DNA from: a bacterium
GTDB taxonomy: Bacteria > Patescibacteriota > Patescibacteriia > UBA9934
Assembly (NCBI GenBank): GCA_027592325.1
Contig: JAQCKO010000004.1
Span: 192 to 64,191, forward strand
Length of the DNA: 64,000 nt
Direction of reading: 5' to 3'
This document shows positions 41,826-52,255 of the stretch, piece by piece. Numbering within the stretch: the first letter of the stretch is position 1; every line of letters begins with the position of its first letter. The notes beneath the pieces were generated by a model, which ran no database searches, was not told the origin of the DNA, and was given only the letters and a program-made list of their open reading frames with translations. The translations under genes were made by a program, and so were the position numbers.

Positions 41826-42938
41826 ATGGATGGTATCACAATTGTATTATTTGTCACGGTTTTATTGGCGCTGATAGCGATAATTGGACTATCATTAAAG
41901 AAACAGCGCGCTCCGAAGGAAGAAAATGAGATGCTGCAGCTCGTATTGCAATTACGAACGGAAATGCAGCAGTCTTCGGATGCACAGAGAAGGGAAGTTC
42001 AAGAACATCTCTCGAAAATAACTGACCGTTTGCATAATGGAATGTCCCAATCGCAAACATCGATGCAAAAACAATTCGAACAAACGTCAAAAATCATTCA
42101 AGACGTTACGGAAAAACTTGGAACACTCGAAAGTACAAACAAGCAAGTACTTGATTTTTCATCCCAGCTGAGAAATTTGCAAGATATTTTAAAGAATCCG
42201 AAACAAAGAGGGGTATTAGGGGAGTATTGGCTCGATACACTGCTTGCGAATGTGATGCCAACGAAGGATTTGTACCAAATGCAGTACACACTAGGAGAAG
42301 ATGAGAAAACGGGACAAAAGCTCATTGCGGATGCCGCTTTGTTTGTGAATGATCAAATCATTCCAATTGATGCAAAATTCACCCTTGAAAACTACAATCG
42401 CATGATGTCAGAACATGATCCAGAGCGTCGAGACAAGATTGAAAAGGAGTTTAAATCTGACGTAAAAAAACGTATTGACGAAACATCGAAATATATTCGT
42501 CCCGAGCTTGGGACAACAAATTTTGCCTTCATGTTCATTCCGGCTGAAGGGGTGTATTACAACTTGCTCAACGCGGAAGTAGGAAGTGGAGTAAATTCAA
42601 ACAATCTTGTTGAATACGCATTTACGAAGAATGTTATGCTTGTTTCGCCAACATCATTCTATGCCTACCTGCAAACTGTACTTATGGGTCTCAAAAAGTT
42701 AGAGATTGAAAAAAAGACTCAAGAGATAATAAAACGGGTGGGGGAATTAGATAAGCACATTACTTCTTATGCTGATATTCACCGAAGGTTAGGGAAGAAT
42801 TTAGCCACCGTCGTGAATCAATACGACCAATCAAGCGATGAATTGCGCAAAGTGCATAGGGACACATTGCGCATCACAAGCGGATCAACTGATGATATGA
42901 TTGAGTTTGATAGCACCCAGAAACCCGCCGTTGAATAG
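41826..42938 (+). CDS. rmuC: DNA recombination protein RmuC
   Basis: N-terminal TM, coiled coil, KQRGVLGE, IDAKF and FMFIPAEG motifs. Confidence 0.92.
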   Translation: MDGITIVLFVTVLLALIAIIGLSLKKQRAPKEENEMLQLVLQLRTEMQQSSDAQRREVQEHLSKITDRLHNGMSQSQTSMQKQFEQTSKIIQDVTEKLGTLESTNKQVLDFSSQLRNLQDILKNPKQRGVLGEYWLDTLLANVMPTKDLYQMQYTLGEDEKTGQKLIADAALFVNDQIIPIDAKFTLENYNRMMSEHDPERRDKIEKEFKSDVKKRIDETSKYIRPELGTTNFAFMFIPAEGVYYNLLNAEVGSGVNSNNLVEYAFTKNVMLVSPTSFYAYLQTVLMGLKKLEIEKKTQEIIKRVGELDKHITSYADIHRRLGKNLATVVNQYDQSSDELRKVHRDTLRITSGSTDDMIEFDSTQKPAVE

Positions 42939-42991
42939 GTCAACTTCGGGTGCGAAAACCCCTGGCCCAAACAAAATAGAGGCTTTCGCCT

Positions 42992-43267
42992 CTATTTTGT
43001 TTTCACTTCAATCTTTTTGAGCTTCGACGCCATTCGTGAGAGAAGACGTGAACCCTTATTTGTCTTGAAGATACCTACCTTTACGGCTTTGTCGATTTTC
43101 TTCTGAAGCGTTGGATAAAGCATTTTTGCTTCATCGAGCTTTGCAGCTTCAACCAGCTTTCGGAAATTTCGGCGCAAAGAAGCGATTTCATCTCGCTTCA
43201 CTTTATTGCGCGCTGCGCGACGATCATTTTGTCGGAGCGCTTTTTTTGCTTGCGCAAGATTTGGCAT
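42992..43267 (-). CDS. rpsT: 30S ribosomal protein S20
   Basis: MPNLAQAKKALRQ...IDKAVKVGIFKTNKGSR. Confidence 0.95.
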   Translation of the reverse strand: MPNLAQAKKALRQNDRRAARNKVKRDEIASLRRNFRKLVEAAKLDEAKMLYPTLQKKIDKAVKVGIFKTNKGSRLLSRMASKLKKIEVKTK

Positions 43268-43346
43268 AGTTTGTTCTGTATTTGTTCGTTAGTGAGAGCA
43301 TGAACAAATTGAGACTCGGCCATGGTAGCGGAAAGCACTCCTGGCG

Positions 43347-44300
43347 TCAAGCTGCAAGCATACCAATGACAATACGATCAACTGCCAAATCGGCTGAAAT
43401 GAATCCCGATTTTACACGATCGTCACTACTGAACAGACATTCATGAAGCGCACGCAAGCGTCCTTCATCAAATAGGGTAGCTTGTTTCATGAGTTTAGCT
43501 CGTAGAAATGGTGGCACCGCGAGCGAAGACTCATCTTCCTTGTGCGCTAATGCAGATTTTGCTTGTAGGAGTAAACGAACCTGACGAATGAGCATGGAAA
43601 GCAACTGAATATCTGAAGAACCATAGAGTCTTTGCCGTTGTAGAAGGTGCAGTGCTTGCTTACTGCGTTTTTCTGAGATTGCATCCATTAGTGCGAACAT
43701 GTCATCCATTGCTGAATGACTTGAAAGTGCTTGAAATAGCCGATCATCCACGACGTTCTGCGTAGCAGCCGCTGCGAGCTTGTGCAATTCTGCATGTAAA
43801 GCCCACATGTCATTGTGTGTTCCGCTCATCACCGCCGATATCTGCTCCGATGTAAGTCGAAGGTGTAACCGCTCAAGCTCTGTTTCTACATGCACACGAA
43901 GTCGGGATGACGAGAGCGGGGGAAACGCATATTCAATCACGCCTTCAGTCATTTTCATGGCCTTGTAAAACGGCGATTTGGAGCATTTTTCTATAGGAAG
44001 ACTAGTAAAAACAATGCATATAACATCGTCTGGAAGAGAAGATAGTAGCTCAAGCCAATGACGATATTCGGGCTTTGTTGTGATCGAGGTGAACATATTT
44101 CGCAACACCACAAAACGCTTCTCGGACAGAAATCCTTGTGACAACAATGCCTGACGCGCATCGCCAAGGCCATTTTTCGTTACTTCAATACTGTGAATAT
44201 TGATGCCTGATGGATCAAATTTATCTGCAAAAGCCTTGCGCAATTGTGCAAGTTTCTTAAGGCTAAAAAACGTATTGGTGCCCGAAATCAGAATCAACAT
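43347..44300 (-). CDS. holA: DNA polymerase III delta subunit
   Basis: FLSEKRFVVL, ELHKL, MFALMDAI and DDRVKSG motifs; adjacent to rpsT. Confidence 0.85.
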   Translation of the reverse strand: MLILISGTNTFFSLKKLAQLRKAFADKFDPSGINIHSIEVTKNGLGDARQALLSQGFLSEKRFVVLRNMFTSITTKPEYRHWLELLSSLPDDVICIVFTSLPIEKCSKSPFYKAMKMTEGVIEYAFPPLSSSRLRVHVETELERLHLRLTSEQISAVMSGTHNDMWALHAELHKLAAAATQNVVDDRLFQALSSHSAMDDMFALMDAISEKRSKQALHLLQRQRLYGSSDIQLLSMLIRQVRLLLQAKSALAHKEDESSLAVPPFLRAKLMKQATLFDEGRLRALHECLFSSDDRVKSGFISADLAVDRIVIGMLAA

Positions 44301-44328
44301 ATTGACATCTTAGCAGAAAATGCCTCTG

Positions 44329-46899
44329 CTAAACAGGATTCATGTCACCCCAATTTTGCCCAATCTTTACAGTGACTGCTAGCGGTATTTCAAACGTATG
44401 AATGCCGCGCATCACCTCCTCAATTTTTTCAGCCGCGCGACCAATGTCATCGTCTTTTACTTCTAGAACTAGTTCATCATGCACCTGAAGAAGCATGACT
44501 GCATCAACGTCTGCATGTTTCAGCCACTCTGCGAGCTCAATCATGGCCATTTTAATGAGATCAGCTTGTGTTCCTTGCATGGGCATATTCACCGCCATGC
44601 GCTCCGCTGCCGCACGAAGCATTGGCACATTCGATGCAGCTTCAGGTAAATACCGTTTGCGTCCGAACAGCGTTTCTACATACCCATCCTCATGTACTTT
44701 GGCTTTCATCTTGTCAATATACGCTTTCAAGCCATGATGAATATCGAAATACCTTTCTATGAATGCCTTTGCTTCTTTTATTGTAAAGCCTGTCGATTTT
44801 GCAAGACTATGTGCACCCATGCCATACAGAATTCCGAAATTGATCGCTTTTGCAGCTCGGCGCTGATCTGTTGTAACCTCGTCCTCTTTAAGTCCAAGCA
44901 CCTCGGCAGCAGTACGCGTATGAATATCCGCCCCATCTTTAAACGCTTGTAAAAATGCTTGGTCCTTGGACAAAATAGAAGCTAATCGCAATTCAATTTG
45001 CGAAAAATCTGCCGCAATCAATTTATATCCACTCTTTGCAACGAAGGCTTTGCGTATTTCACGACCAAGCTCGGTACGAATCGGGATATTTTGTAAATTC
45101 GGATTATTCGAAGAAAGTCGCCCGGTTGCAGCTACGGTTTGATCAAATGTTGTATGAATGCGACTGTCTTCATCTACAAGGGTTGGCAGCACATCGACAT
45201 ATGTTGATTTAAGCTTTGTGAGCTCACGATACTCTGAAATTTTCGGTATGATTGGATGTGATTCCCAAAGCTTTTCTAATTCACTCGCCGCTGTTGAATA
45301 ACTCGTTTTTGTACGTTTAATCCGCGTTGTCGGGAGGCCGAGCGTATCAAATAGGATATCTGCAAGTTGGGAAGGGGAGGCGATATTGAATTCATGTCCC
45401 GCAAGTTGATGAATGTCTCCCGCGAGCACATCAATGTGCGTTCCGAGCTGCTCTGACATAATTCCAAGCATGTTCTTATCGAGAAGTATGCCGGTTGATT
45501 CCATTTCAACAAGCACGTGCGCGAGAGGCATTTCAATCGTCTCCGATAATTGTTTCATGCCTTCTTCTTCTAGCGTGCGTTCTAAATGCCTCGCAAGTTC
45601 CTGAAGTGCCCCAATTGCGGCATCATCATCCATGTTTACCGCCTTGCCAAGATATTCATTCGTAAGCGTATCAAAATCAAAATTACGCGATGCCGAAGAA
45701 AGCAAGTACGCGGCGATTTTTACATCGAAAAGCGGCGTTTCAAACGGTTGAAGTGCATGCATGAGTCGCTTTGCATCATGCGTCACAATACGTTTCGCTC
45801 GATCCAGAAGTCTTACTACCGTCTTTGTCGAACTTGCGTCTACCTTCGCGGTGCGCCTTCCATCTGAAAGGATCAGATGAAGGACTGATCCGAAAAGCGT
45901 TTCATCTTGTGTCTGCAATAATACAAATACATCGCCAGCATCGCTGAGTGTTTCTAAAGGAACAAACGTCATTTTTTTCTGCAGCTTGGCATCTTCCACG
46001 TAATCTACACCCGATTCTCCGCCCTCATATCGCGCGAGTAACGACCGAAACTCCAGCTCACGAAATGCGGTACGAAGCGCATCTGCATCTGGTTCTTGCA
46101 CGCGTGCATGTTCTAACGCAAAATCAATGTCGACATTCTTCACAATAGTCACCAGGTGGCGCATCTCCTCGACACGTCGTTCCTGTCCGCGGAATTTCTT
46201 TGCAAACTTTTCCGGCACGTTATCTGCCTCTATCGCCTTGTAAATCTTTTCAATACTTCCGTGCTCAGCAAGAAGTGTTTCCGCCGTTTTCTTTCCTATA
46301 CCGGCCAAACCAGGAATATTGTCAGAGCTATCTCCCATGAGCGCCTTCATATCGATAAGCTGCGAAGGCAATAAACCATAGCGCTCTTTCACCGCCGCAA
46401 TGTCATACGTCTTGGTCTGCGAAAGGCCCTTCAAGAAGGTAAGCACTTCAATATCTTCATCCACCAGCTGGAGGGCATCTAGATCGCCAGTCAAAATTAC
46501 AACTTTCACATTAGGATCTTTCGGTCCGTATTGTTTCGCGAGCGTTCCGATAATGTCGTCGGCTTCAAACCCCGGCTTTGATAGGCAGGGAATACGATAG
46601 TGCCCTAGGAGTTCTTTAATAAGGTCTATTTGCTCATAGAGCTCTGGCTCCTTTTTCTCACGCGTACCCTTATAATCTTTATATGCCTCGTGACGAAATG
46701 TTCCGCCAGGAAGATCCCATACCGCAGCCATATATTTTGGCGAGAACTTCTCACGCATTTTTTCGACGGTAGTGATGAACCCATAGGCGGCATTTACCAC
46801 GCGTCCATCGGCTGTTGTAAGTGGTGGGATGGCATGCCAGGCGCGATGCAGGAGGGCATTTGCGTCAATGATCAAAAAGAGGTCTTTTTTCTTGGGCAT
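44329..46899 (-). CDS. polA: DNA polymerase I
   Basis: 5'-3' exonuclease (IIDANALLHRA, GDSSDNIPG); ADFSQIELR, KAINFGILYG and QVHDEL. Confidence 0.98.
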   Translation of the reverse strand: MPKKKDLFLIIDANALLHRAWHAIPPLTTADGRVVNAAYGFITTVEKMREKFSPKYMAAVWDLPGGTFRHEAYKDYKGTREKKEPELYEQIDLIKELLGHYRIPCLSKPGFEADDIIGTLAKQYGPKDPNVKVVILTGDLDALQLVDEDIEVLTFLKGLSQTKTYDIAAVKERYGLLPSQLIDMKALMGDSSDNIPGLAGIGKKTAETLLAEHGSIEKIYKAIEADNVPEKFAKKFRGQERRVEEMRHLVTIVKNVDIDFALEHARVQEPDADALRTAFRELEFRSLLARYEGGESGVDYVEDAKLQKKMTFVPLETLSDAGDVFVLLQTQDETLFGSVLHLILSDGRRTAKVDASSTKTVVRLLDRAKRIVTHDAKRLMHALQPFETPLFDVKIAAYLLSSASRNFDFDTLTNEYLGKAVNMDDDAAIGALQELARHLERTLEEEGMKQLSETIEMPLAHVLVEMESTGILLDKNMLGIMSEQLGTHIDVLAGDIHQLAGHEFNIASPSQLADILFDTLGLPTTRIKRTKTSYSTAASELEKLWESHPIIPKISEYRELTKLKSTYVDVLPTLVDEDSRIHTTFDQTVAATGRLSSNNPNLQNIPIRTELGREIRKAFVAKSGYKLIAADFSQIELRLASILSKDQAFLQAFKDGADIHTRTAAEVLGLKEDEVTTDQRRAAKAINFGILYGMGAHSLAKSTGFTIKEAKAFIERYFDIHHGLKAYIDKMKAKVHEDGYVETLFGRKRYLPEAASNVPMLRAAAERMAVNMPMQGTQADLIKMAMIELAEWLKHADVDAVMLLQVHDELVLEVKDDDIGRAAEKIEEVMRGIHTFEIPLAVTVKIGQNWGDMNPV

Positions 46900-47615
46900 A
46901 GTGGGGGGGTATAGGGGTAGGGTATAGCCCGGCTTGTCACATTGCAAGCGCGCTCAGTTCGGTTAAATGATAAAATCGATCTATTCGCGAGCAATGCAGC
47001 TGTCTACAAAAAAAGAACGTCCCTAGCCCACGAGGGGTCAGAGACGTTATTGTCCCATGCAACTATGGGTCCGCTAGGAACGCTGGCCGTCTGGGCGATC
47101 GTCGGGCGTGGGCGGCTCGCAATCAGAGCCGATGTTCGCAATTTGGGCACAGCCGGGCGGCGGCGAGTCCGGTGTACCGTGGTTGTCGTCACCGCGCGAT
47201 TCTGCGACTTTACCTTCGGCATAAACCGCATGTAGAAGCTCGCTCCAGGCACCAGGGTCGCGGGTTGGGTCGGGTAGTCTGGTTCGATTCACGGGCACAG
47301 GTGCTCCAAAGCGTGACGCGTACACGCATGGAGGTTGATTGTCATCTGAAACCCATCGCGGGCAACATGTGACGGTTCACCTTCTGAAGGTAGAACTCGT
47401 AGAGGTTAGCAGAAAAACCGCAAGTCATCAGAGCGGCCCAGAAAGTAAAGGCAACCGAGTGCGTAGCCCATTCCGCGCATCGGCATGTGACGCGCAATCT
47501 TCAGTAAATCATGAGCCCTCAATACTCATTCAGGCGAACTGGGACAAGCTCATGCCGCCACACTTGATTTTTCTTTCAAAATGCGCTATCATATTGCCAC
47601 CGATTCACAAATGAA

Positions 47616-47692
47616 GCGCCCGTAGCTCAACTGGATAGAGCGAGAGGGTTCTAACCTCGAGGTTGGGGGTTCGAGTCCTCCCGGGCGCACCA
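47616..47692 (+). tRNA. tRNA-Arg(TCT)
   Basis: Cloverleaf; GAGG-GTTCTAA-CCTC; CCA end. Confidence 0.93.
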
Positions 47693-47700
47693 GACAATAT

Positions 47701-47777
47701 GGTGGCTATGGTGAAACGGTTATCACGGCGGTTTGTGGTACCGCTATTACGGGTTCGATTCCCGTTAGCCACCCCAT
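47701..47777 (+). tRNA. tRNA-His(GTG) with encoded G-1
   Basis: GCGGT-TTGTGGT-ACCGC; extended acceptor stem; CCA end. Confidence 0.93.
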
Positions 47778-47811
47778 GAAAAAACCTCCCATTCGGGAGA
47801 TTTTTTTCGTT

Positions 47812-48714
47812 TTATCCATGAAATTTTTTATGCACATCATGAAGATGCTTGTCGGTGACATGCGTGTAAATCTGTGTTGTTGTGATTGATTCATGTCCGA
47901 GCATCGCTTGTACGGAGCGAATATCGGCGCCATTTTGTAGCAAATTCGTTGCAAAAGTATGCCGAATCACATGCGGGGTGATTTTTTTTGTAATACCTGC
48001 TTCCGTTGCCGCACGCTCAACGACACGCTGAACCGTTCGCGGAGTAATTCCACGAACCTCTCGACCTTCTTTTGCTCGATCATGCGAAACAAAGAGTGCA
48101 GGTGAGATATCATTTCGTGCATCTAAGTACGTGTTGAGGGTCTTTTTTGCTTCTGGCGAGAGAAAAACAACCCTATGCTTACTGCCTTTTCCGGTAATCG
48201 TAAACTCGTCCCGTTTTAAATTGATATTTTCGATTTGCAGTGATGTTAGCTCTGAAACACGCATGCCGGTCGAAAATAAAAGCTCGGCAATTGCTTTATT
48301 ACGAAGCCCGATCAACCCGTCGATACTTGAGGCCGCCTGCACAAGTCTGGCAAGTTCATCACGATCCAAATGCTCAACACGCCGTGACTCATGTTTTGCA
48401 AGCTCAATTTGCTCTGGAGGAAGGCTTTTTACATTGTTTTTCGCTAAATACTTGAGAAAAGCCCGAAGTGCTATCAAATGATAGTTTTGTGTGGTTTTCT
48501 TCAGATTCACATCATCGCGACCCTCAATATTACGGTTCAAGTGAAGTCGATATCTGCGGATGATGTCTTGAGAAATATTTACAGGATTAGGATTCGAAGC
48601 GAATTCCCCGAATCTTCGCAGATAAAAATCATAGTTTTGAATTGTTTTTTGGCTACGCCCACGCTCAATTTCAAGATACTCTAAAAAACGTTGACGATAC
48701 GCATCGAAGGTCAT
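47812..48714 (-). CDS. XerC/XerD-family tyrosine recombinase
   Basis: TGMRVSEL, GKGSKHR, TPHVIRHTFAT, LGH and TTQIYTH motifs. Confidence 0.92.
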   Translation of the reverse strand: MTFDAYRQRFLEYLEIERGRSQKTIQNYDFYLRRFGEFASNPNPVNISQDIIRRYRLHLNRNIEGRDDVNLKKTTQNYHLIALRAFLKYLAKNNVKSLPPEQIELAKHESRRVEHLDRDELARLVQAASSIDGLIGLRNKAIAELLFSTGMRVSELTSLQIENINLKRDEFTITGKGSKHRVVFLSPEAKKTLNTYLDARNDISPALFVSHDRAKEGREVRGITPRTVQRVVERAATEAGITKKITPHVIRHTFATNLLQNGADIRSVQAMLGHESITTTQIYTHVTDKHLHDVHKKFHG

Positions 48715-49059
48715 ATACCAATAGTGTATCAGGGGGCAGGGGTTAAGGGATAGGGTTCACCTTTGTCATGGCGTGGAATGCAGCACGAAGTAATGGATGC
48801 GAAATATCGCCGCCACGGGCCAATCGGTGAGATTCCTTAGATAGTGAGGCAACCACGGACCAGTGTGACGGGTACCTGCCGGTACGTTGAATGAGGGCCT
48901 GAGATTAAGGCTAAAAATGCAGTGATTTACATGTCTCTCCCGTTGACAAAAACCACCGTATCGAGTACATTCGTGCTATAATTCATTCACTAATATAGCT
49001 GTTCGCCACGGCCTTGCCGCTGCCTAGCGCTTTGCTGCGACGATCAGACGAAATCACGT

Positions 49060-49338
49060 ATGCTTCCAAAGGCAAAAAAACAGCGACTTATCACAAAGTA
49101 TAAGACGCACGAGAACGATACAGGTTCACCGCAAGTACAAATTGCTATTCTTACCGCGGAGATAAAAGAGCTTACAGGTCACCTTCGTACGCATAAGAAG
49201 GACTTTAGCTCAAGGCGCGGTCTCCTCAAGAAAGTTGTGGAGCGTCGTCGGCTCATGAAGTACCTCGGGCGTGAAAATCCGAAGGCGCTCAAAGAGCTTG
49301 CAGAAGCCCTAAAACTTCGCATTTCTAACGAATCATAA
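49060..49338 (+). CDS. rpsO: 30S ribosomal protein S15
   Basis: DTGSPQVQIAILT...HKKDFSSRRGL. Confidence 0.97.
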   Translation: MLPKAKKQRLITKYKTHENDTGSPQVQIAILTAEIKELTGHLRTHKKDFSSRRGLLKKVVERRRLMKYLGRENPKALKELAEALKLRISNES

Positions 49339-49380
49339 GTAGTCGGGGCCTTCGGGTCCCGTTTACTGTTTACTTTGACT

Positions 49381-49884
49381 ATGCTTGTCACAAAAAATCG
49401 GCGCGTTGGTGTTTTCATCGATGTGCAAAACATGTACTATTCTGCGCGAAATATTTTCAACGCAAAAGTCCATTTCTCTAATATTGTTCGTCATACAAGT
49501 GATAACGAACTCCTGGTCCGAGCGATCGCCTATAGTATTTCTACAGAAGGTGGAGAAGAGCAAGCGTTTTTTTCTGCTCTAGAAAAAAGCGGTATTGAAG
49601 TCGTTTCAAAGGACCTACAAGAGTTTAGCTCTGGGAGCAAAAAAGGTGATTGGGACGTTGGAATCACTGTCGATATTGCGCGCATGCTCGAAATGCTTGA
49701 CATTGTTGTGCTTGTCTCAGGTGATGGAGACTTTGTTCCGCTCGCGGACTATGTGCGAAGTCGTGGGCGAATTTTCCACTGCGCAAGTTTTCGGGAATCA
49801 ACCTCTAGTCTACTCATAGAAGCCTCAGATCTCTACACAAATCTCTCGCTTGACCAAGATCAATTTCTGATCAAAAACGATTAA
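49381..49884 (+). CDS. NYN-domain (LabA/DUF88) putative RNase
   Basis: FIDVQN, KKGDWDVGITVD and VSGDGDF motifs. Confidence 0.88.
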   Translation: MLVTKNRRVGVFIDVQNMYYSARNIFNAKVHFSNIVRHTSDNELLVRAIAYSISTEGGEEQAFFSALEKSGIEVVSKDLQEFSSGSKKGDWDVGITVDIARMLEMLDIVVLVSGDGDFVPLADYVRSRGRIFHCASFRESTSSLLIEASDLYTNLSLDQDQFLIKND

Positions 49885-49989
49885 TCCTCTGAGCGCTGCT
49901 TTAAGGCGGCGCGAGTGATCGATTAATTCATCGGTCTCAAATTCGAAAACCGCTTTCAGGTTTTTCATTTGGGACTGATAAGTTCATAT

Positions 49990-52254
49990 ATGCAGCAAAA
50001 ACGCTATACGGCTGAGTTCGCCGGTAAGGAACTCATTATTGAAACAGGCAAGTTCGCAATGAATACGAATGCAAGCGTGACGGTACAAATGGGCGACACG
50101 CTCGTCCTCGTGACCGCCGTTATGTCAAGCAGTGTCCGAGATGGCATGAATTATCTCCCGCTCATGGTTGACTACGAAGAGAAAATGTACGCGGCAGGAC
50201 GCATTAAAGGCTCACGATTTATTAAGCGAGAAGGACGTCCGACAGACGAAGCCGTTCTCGTTGCCCGGTTTATTGATCGCGCCTTGCGTCCACTCTTTAA
50301 TGACAGACTCCGCAACGATGTACAAATCATTGTGACCGTTCTCTCATTTGATGGCGAAAATGATCCTGATATTCTTGGACTCATTGGGGCAAGCTGCGCC
50401 CTTCATATGAGTGACATCCCTTGGAATGGACCGATTGGGGCGATTCGCGTGAGTAAAGCAGGAGATGAATGGCTATTTAACGCTGGCTATGAAGCGCGAG
50501 GGAACGCAGAATTTAGTCTCGATATTGCAGGGACATCAGAGAAAATTGTCATGATTGAAGCAGAAGGAAACGAGGCAAAAGAAGACGATGTTCTGCGCGC
50601 ATTCGAGCATGGACGACGCGAAATGCAAGCAGTGACAGACCTCATTGTACACATACGCGATGATATTGGTAAGGAAAAAGTGCTCCCGTTCGAGCCACAG
50701 TCGGAGGAGCAAAAAGCAAAGCATGAGGAACTTACAAAACTCGAAGAAACAGCCTATGCATTTGCCGTACCTCGCATTGATGAATTATTCTATAAGACCC
50801 CCCTTGCAACAAAGGCTGAGAAAAATGCAGCAAAAACACAGCTTGCGCACGACATAGAGGCACATTTAATTGAGGCGGGGTTTGATGCATCTCTTGCATC
50901 GCGGGCATACGGATTCGCCTATGATTTTCTGTACACAGAAGCAACGCGCCGCATTTTGAAGGAAGATCGCCGTATTGATGGACGAGCACTTACCGAAATT
51001 CGGCCACTTATGATTGAAGCGGGCGTACTTCCACGCGTTCATGGTTCAGGACACTTCCTCCGCGGTGAAACGCAAGCGCTTACCGTTTGCACGCTTGGCG
51101 CGCCTGGTGACGCACAAGTTCTCGATGGAATGGAAACCGTGTCTGAAAAGCGCTACATGCATCACTATAACTTTCTTCCGTTTTCTGTCGGGGAGGCGAA
51201 GCCGCTCCGTGGTCCCGGGCGACGTGAAATTGGTCATGGAACGCTCGCAGAAAAGGCACTCGAGCCTGTTCTTCCCGAAAAAGCAGACTTTCCTTACACC
51301 ATCCGTCTTGTTTCTGAAACATTAAGCTCGAATGGATCTAGCTCGATGGCCTCTACCTGCGGATCAACCCTCGCGCTCATGGATGCAGGTGTGCCAATTA
51401 AAAAACCTGTTGCCGGAATCGCAATGGGACTTGCTTCGGACGGAACAAGCTGGAAAGTGCTCACTGATCTTCAAGACATCGAAGACGGAAAGGGTGGGAT
51501 GGATTTTAAAATCACCGGAACACGCGACGGCATTACCGCGATTCAAATGGATACAAAAACAGACGGGCTCACGCACGAAATCATTGAGGCGACACTTTCG
51601 CAGGCGCTTACAGCGCGTCTTACTATCCTCGAAAAAATGCAGGCTGTTATTAGTGAGCCGCGCAAAGAGCTCTCTCCACATGCGCCGCGCATTCTCTCTT
51701 TGACCATAAACCCAGAAAAGATTCGTGAGGTTATTGGCTCTGGCGGAAAAACCATCAATGAAATCATTGAAACCACCGGCGTAGATTCCATCGATATTGA
51801 ACAAGATGGAACCGTCATGATTACGTCGTCAAATGGACCTGCGGCTGAACAGGCTCGAAATTGGATCGAAGATCTTACCTCAGAACTTGAAAAAGGGAAG
51901 CAATACGAAGGGACCGTAAGCCGTATTATGGATTTCGGAGCCATTGTCTCTGTTGGTGCAAACAAAGATGGTATGGTGCATGTTTCTGAGCTTGCACCGT
52001 ATCGTGTTGGTAAAGTAGAGGATATTGTGAAAATGGGCGACACTGTGCAAGTAAAGGTGCTTGATGTCGAAGCGAATGGGCGCGTGAGCCTTTCTATGAA
52101 GCAAGCAGAGGGCAATACCTTCCCTGAGGCGCCAAAACGCGAAGAACGGCACGAAGGAGAACAAGGACGAGCTTCGCGATCAAATGGTGCTGCGCGTGGC
52201 GATCATAAAAAACACACCAAACCACCACAACGCCGCCGACCATTCGGCAATTAG
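49990..52254 (+). CDS. pnp: Polynucleotide phosphorylase
   Basis: Two RNase PH domains (RREIGHG, SNGSSSMAS), KH and S1 domains. Confidence 0.98.
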   Translation: MQQKRYTAEFAGKELIIETGKFAMNTNASVTVQMGDTLVLVTAVMSSSVRDGMNYLPLMVDYEEKMYAAGRIKGSRFIKREGRPTDEAVLVARFIDRALRPLFNDRLRNDVQIIVTVLSFDGENDPDILGLIGASCALHMSDIPWNGPIGAIRVSKAGDEWLFNAGYEARGNAEFSLDIAGTSEKIVMIEAEGNEAKEDDVLRAFEHGRREMQAVTDLIVHIRDDIGKEKVLPFEPQSEEQKAKHEELTKLEETAYAFAVPRIDELFYKTPLATKAEKNAAKTQLAHDIEAHLIEAGFDASLASRAYGFAYDFLYTEATRRILKEDRRIDGRALTEIRPLMIEAGVLPRVHGSGHFLRGETQALTVCTLGAPGDAQVLDGMETVSEKRYMHHYNFLPFSVGEAKPLRGPGRREIGHGTLAEKALEPVLPEKADFPYTIRLVSETLSSNGSSSMASTCGSTLALMDAGVPIKKPVAGIAMGLASDGTSWKVLTDLQDIEDGKGGMDFKITGTRDGITAIQMDTKTDGLTHEIIEATLSQALTARLTILEKMQAVISEPRKELSPHAPRILSLTINPEKIREVIGSGGKTINEIIETTGVDSIDIEQDGTVMITSSNGPAAEQARNWIEDLTSELEKGKQYEGTVSRIMDFGAIVSVGANKDGMVHVSELAPYRVGKVEDIVKMGDTVQVKVLDVEANGRVSLSMKQAEGNTFPEAPKREERHEGEQGRASRSNGAARGDHKKHTKPPQRRRPFGN

Positions 52255-52255
52255 T

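Noticed and set aside
47616-48714. Genomic island at tRNA-Arg/His with an integrase
   Set aside because: The recombinase looks like a housekeeping Xer, and I found no duplicated tRNA 3' end or cargo.
48760-48920. Possible ncRNA between xer and rpsO
   Set aside because: No convincing structure, promoter-terminator pair or known motif could be found by eye.
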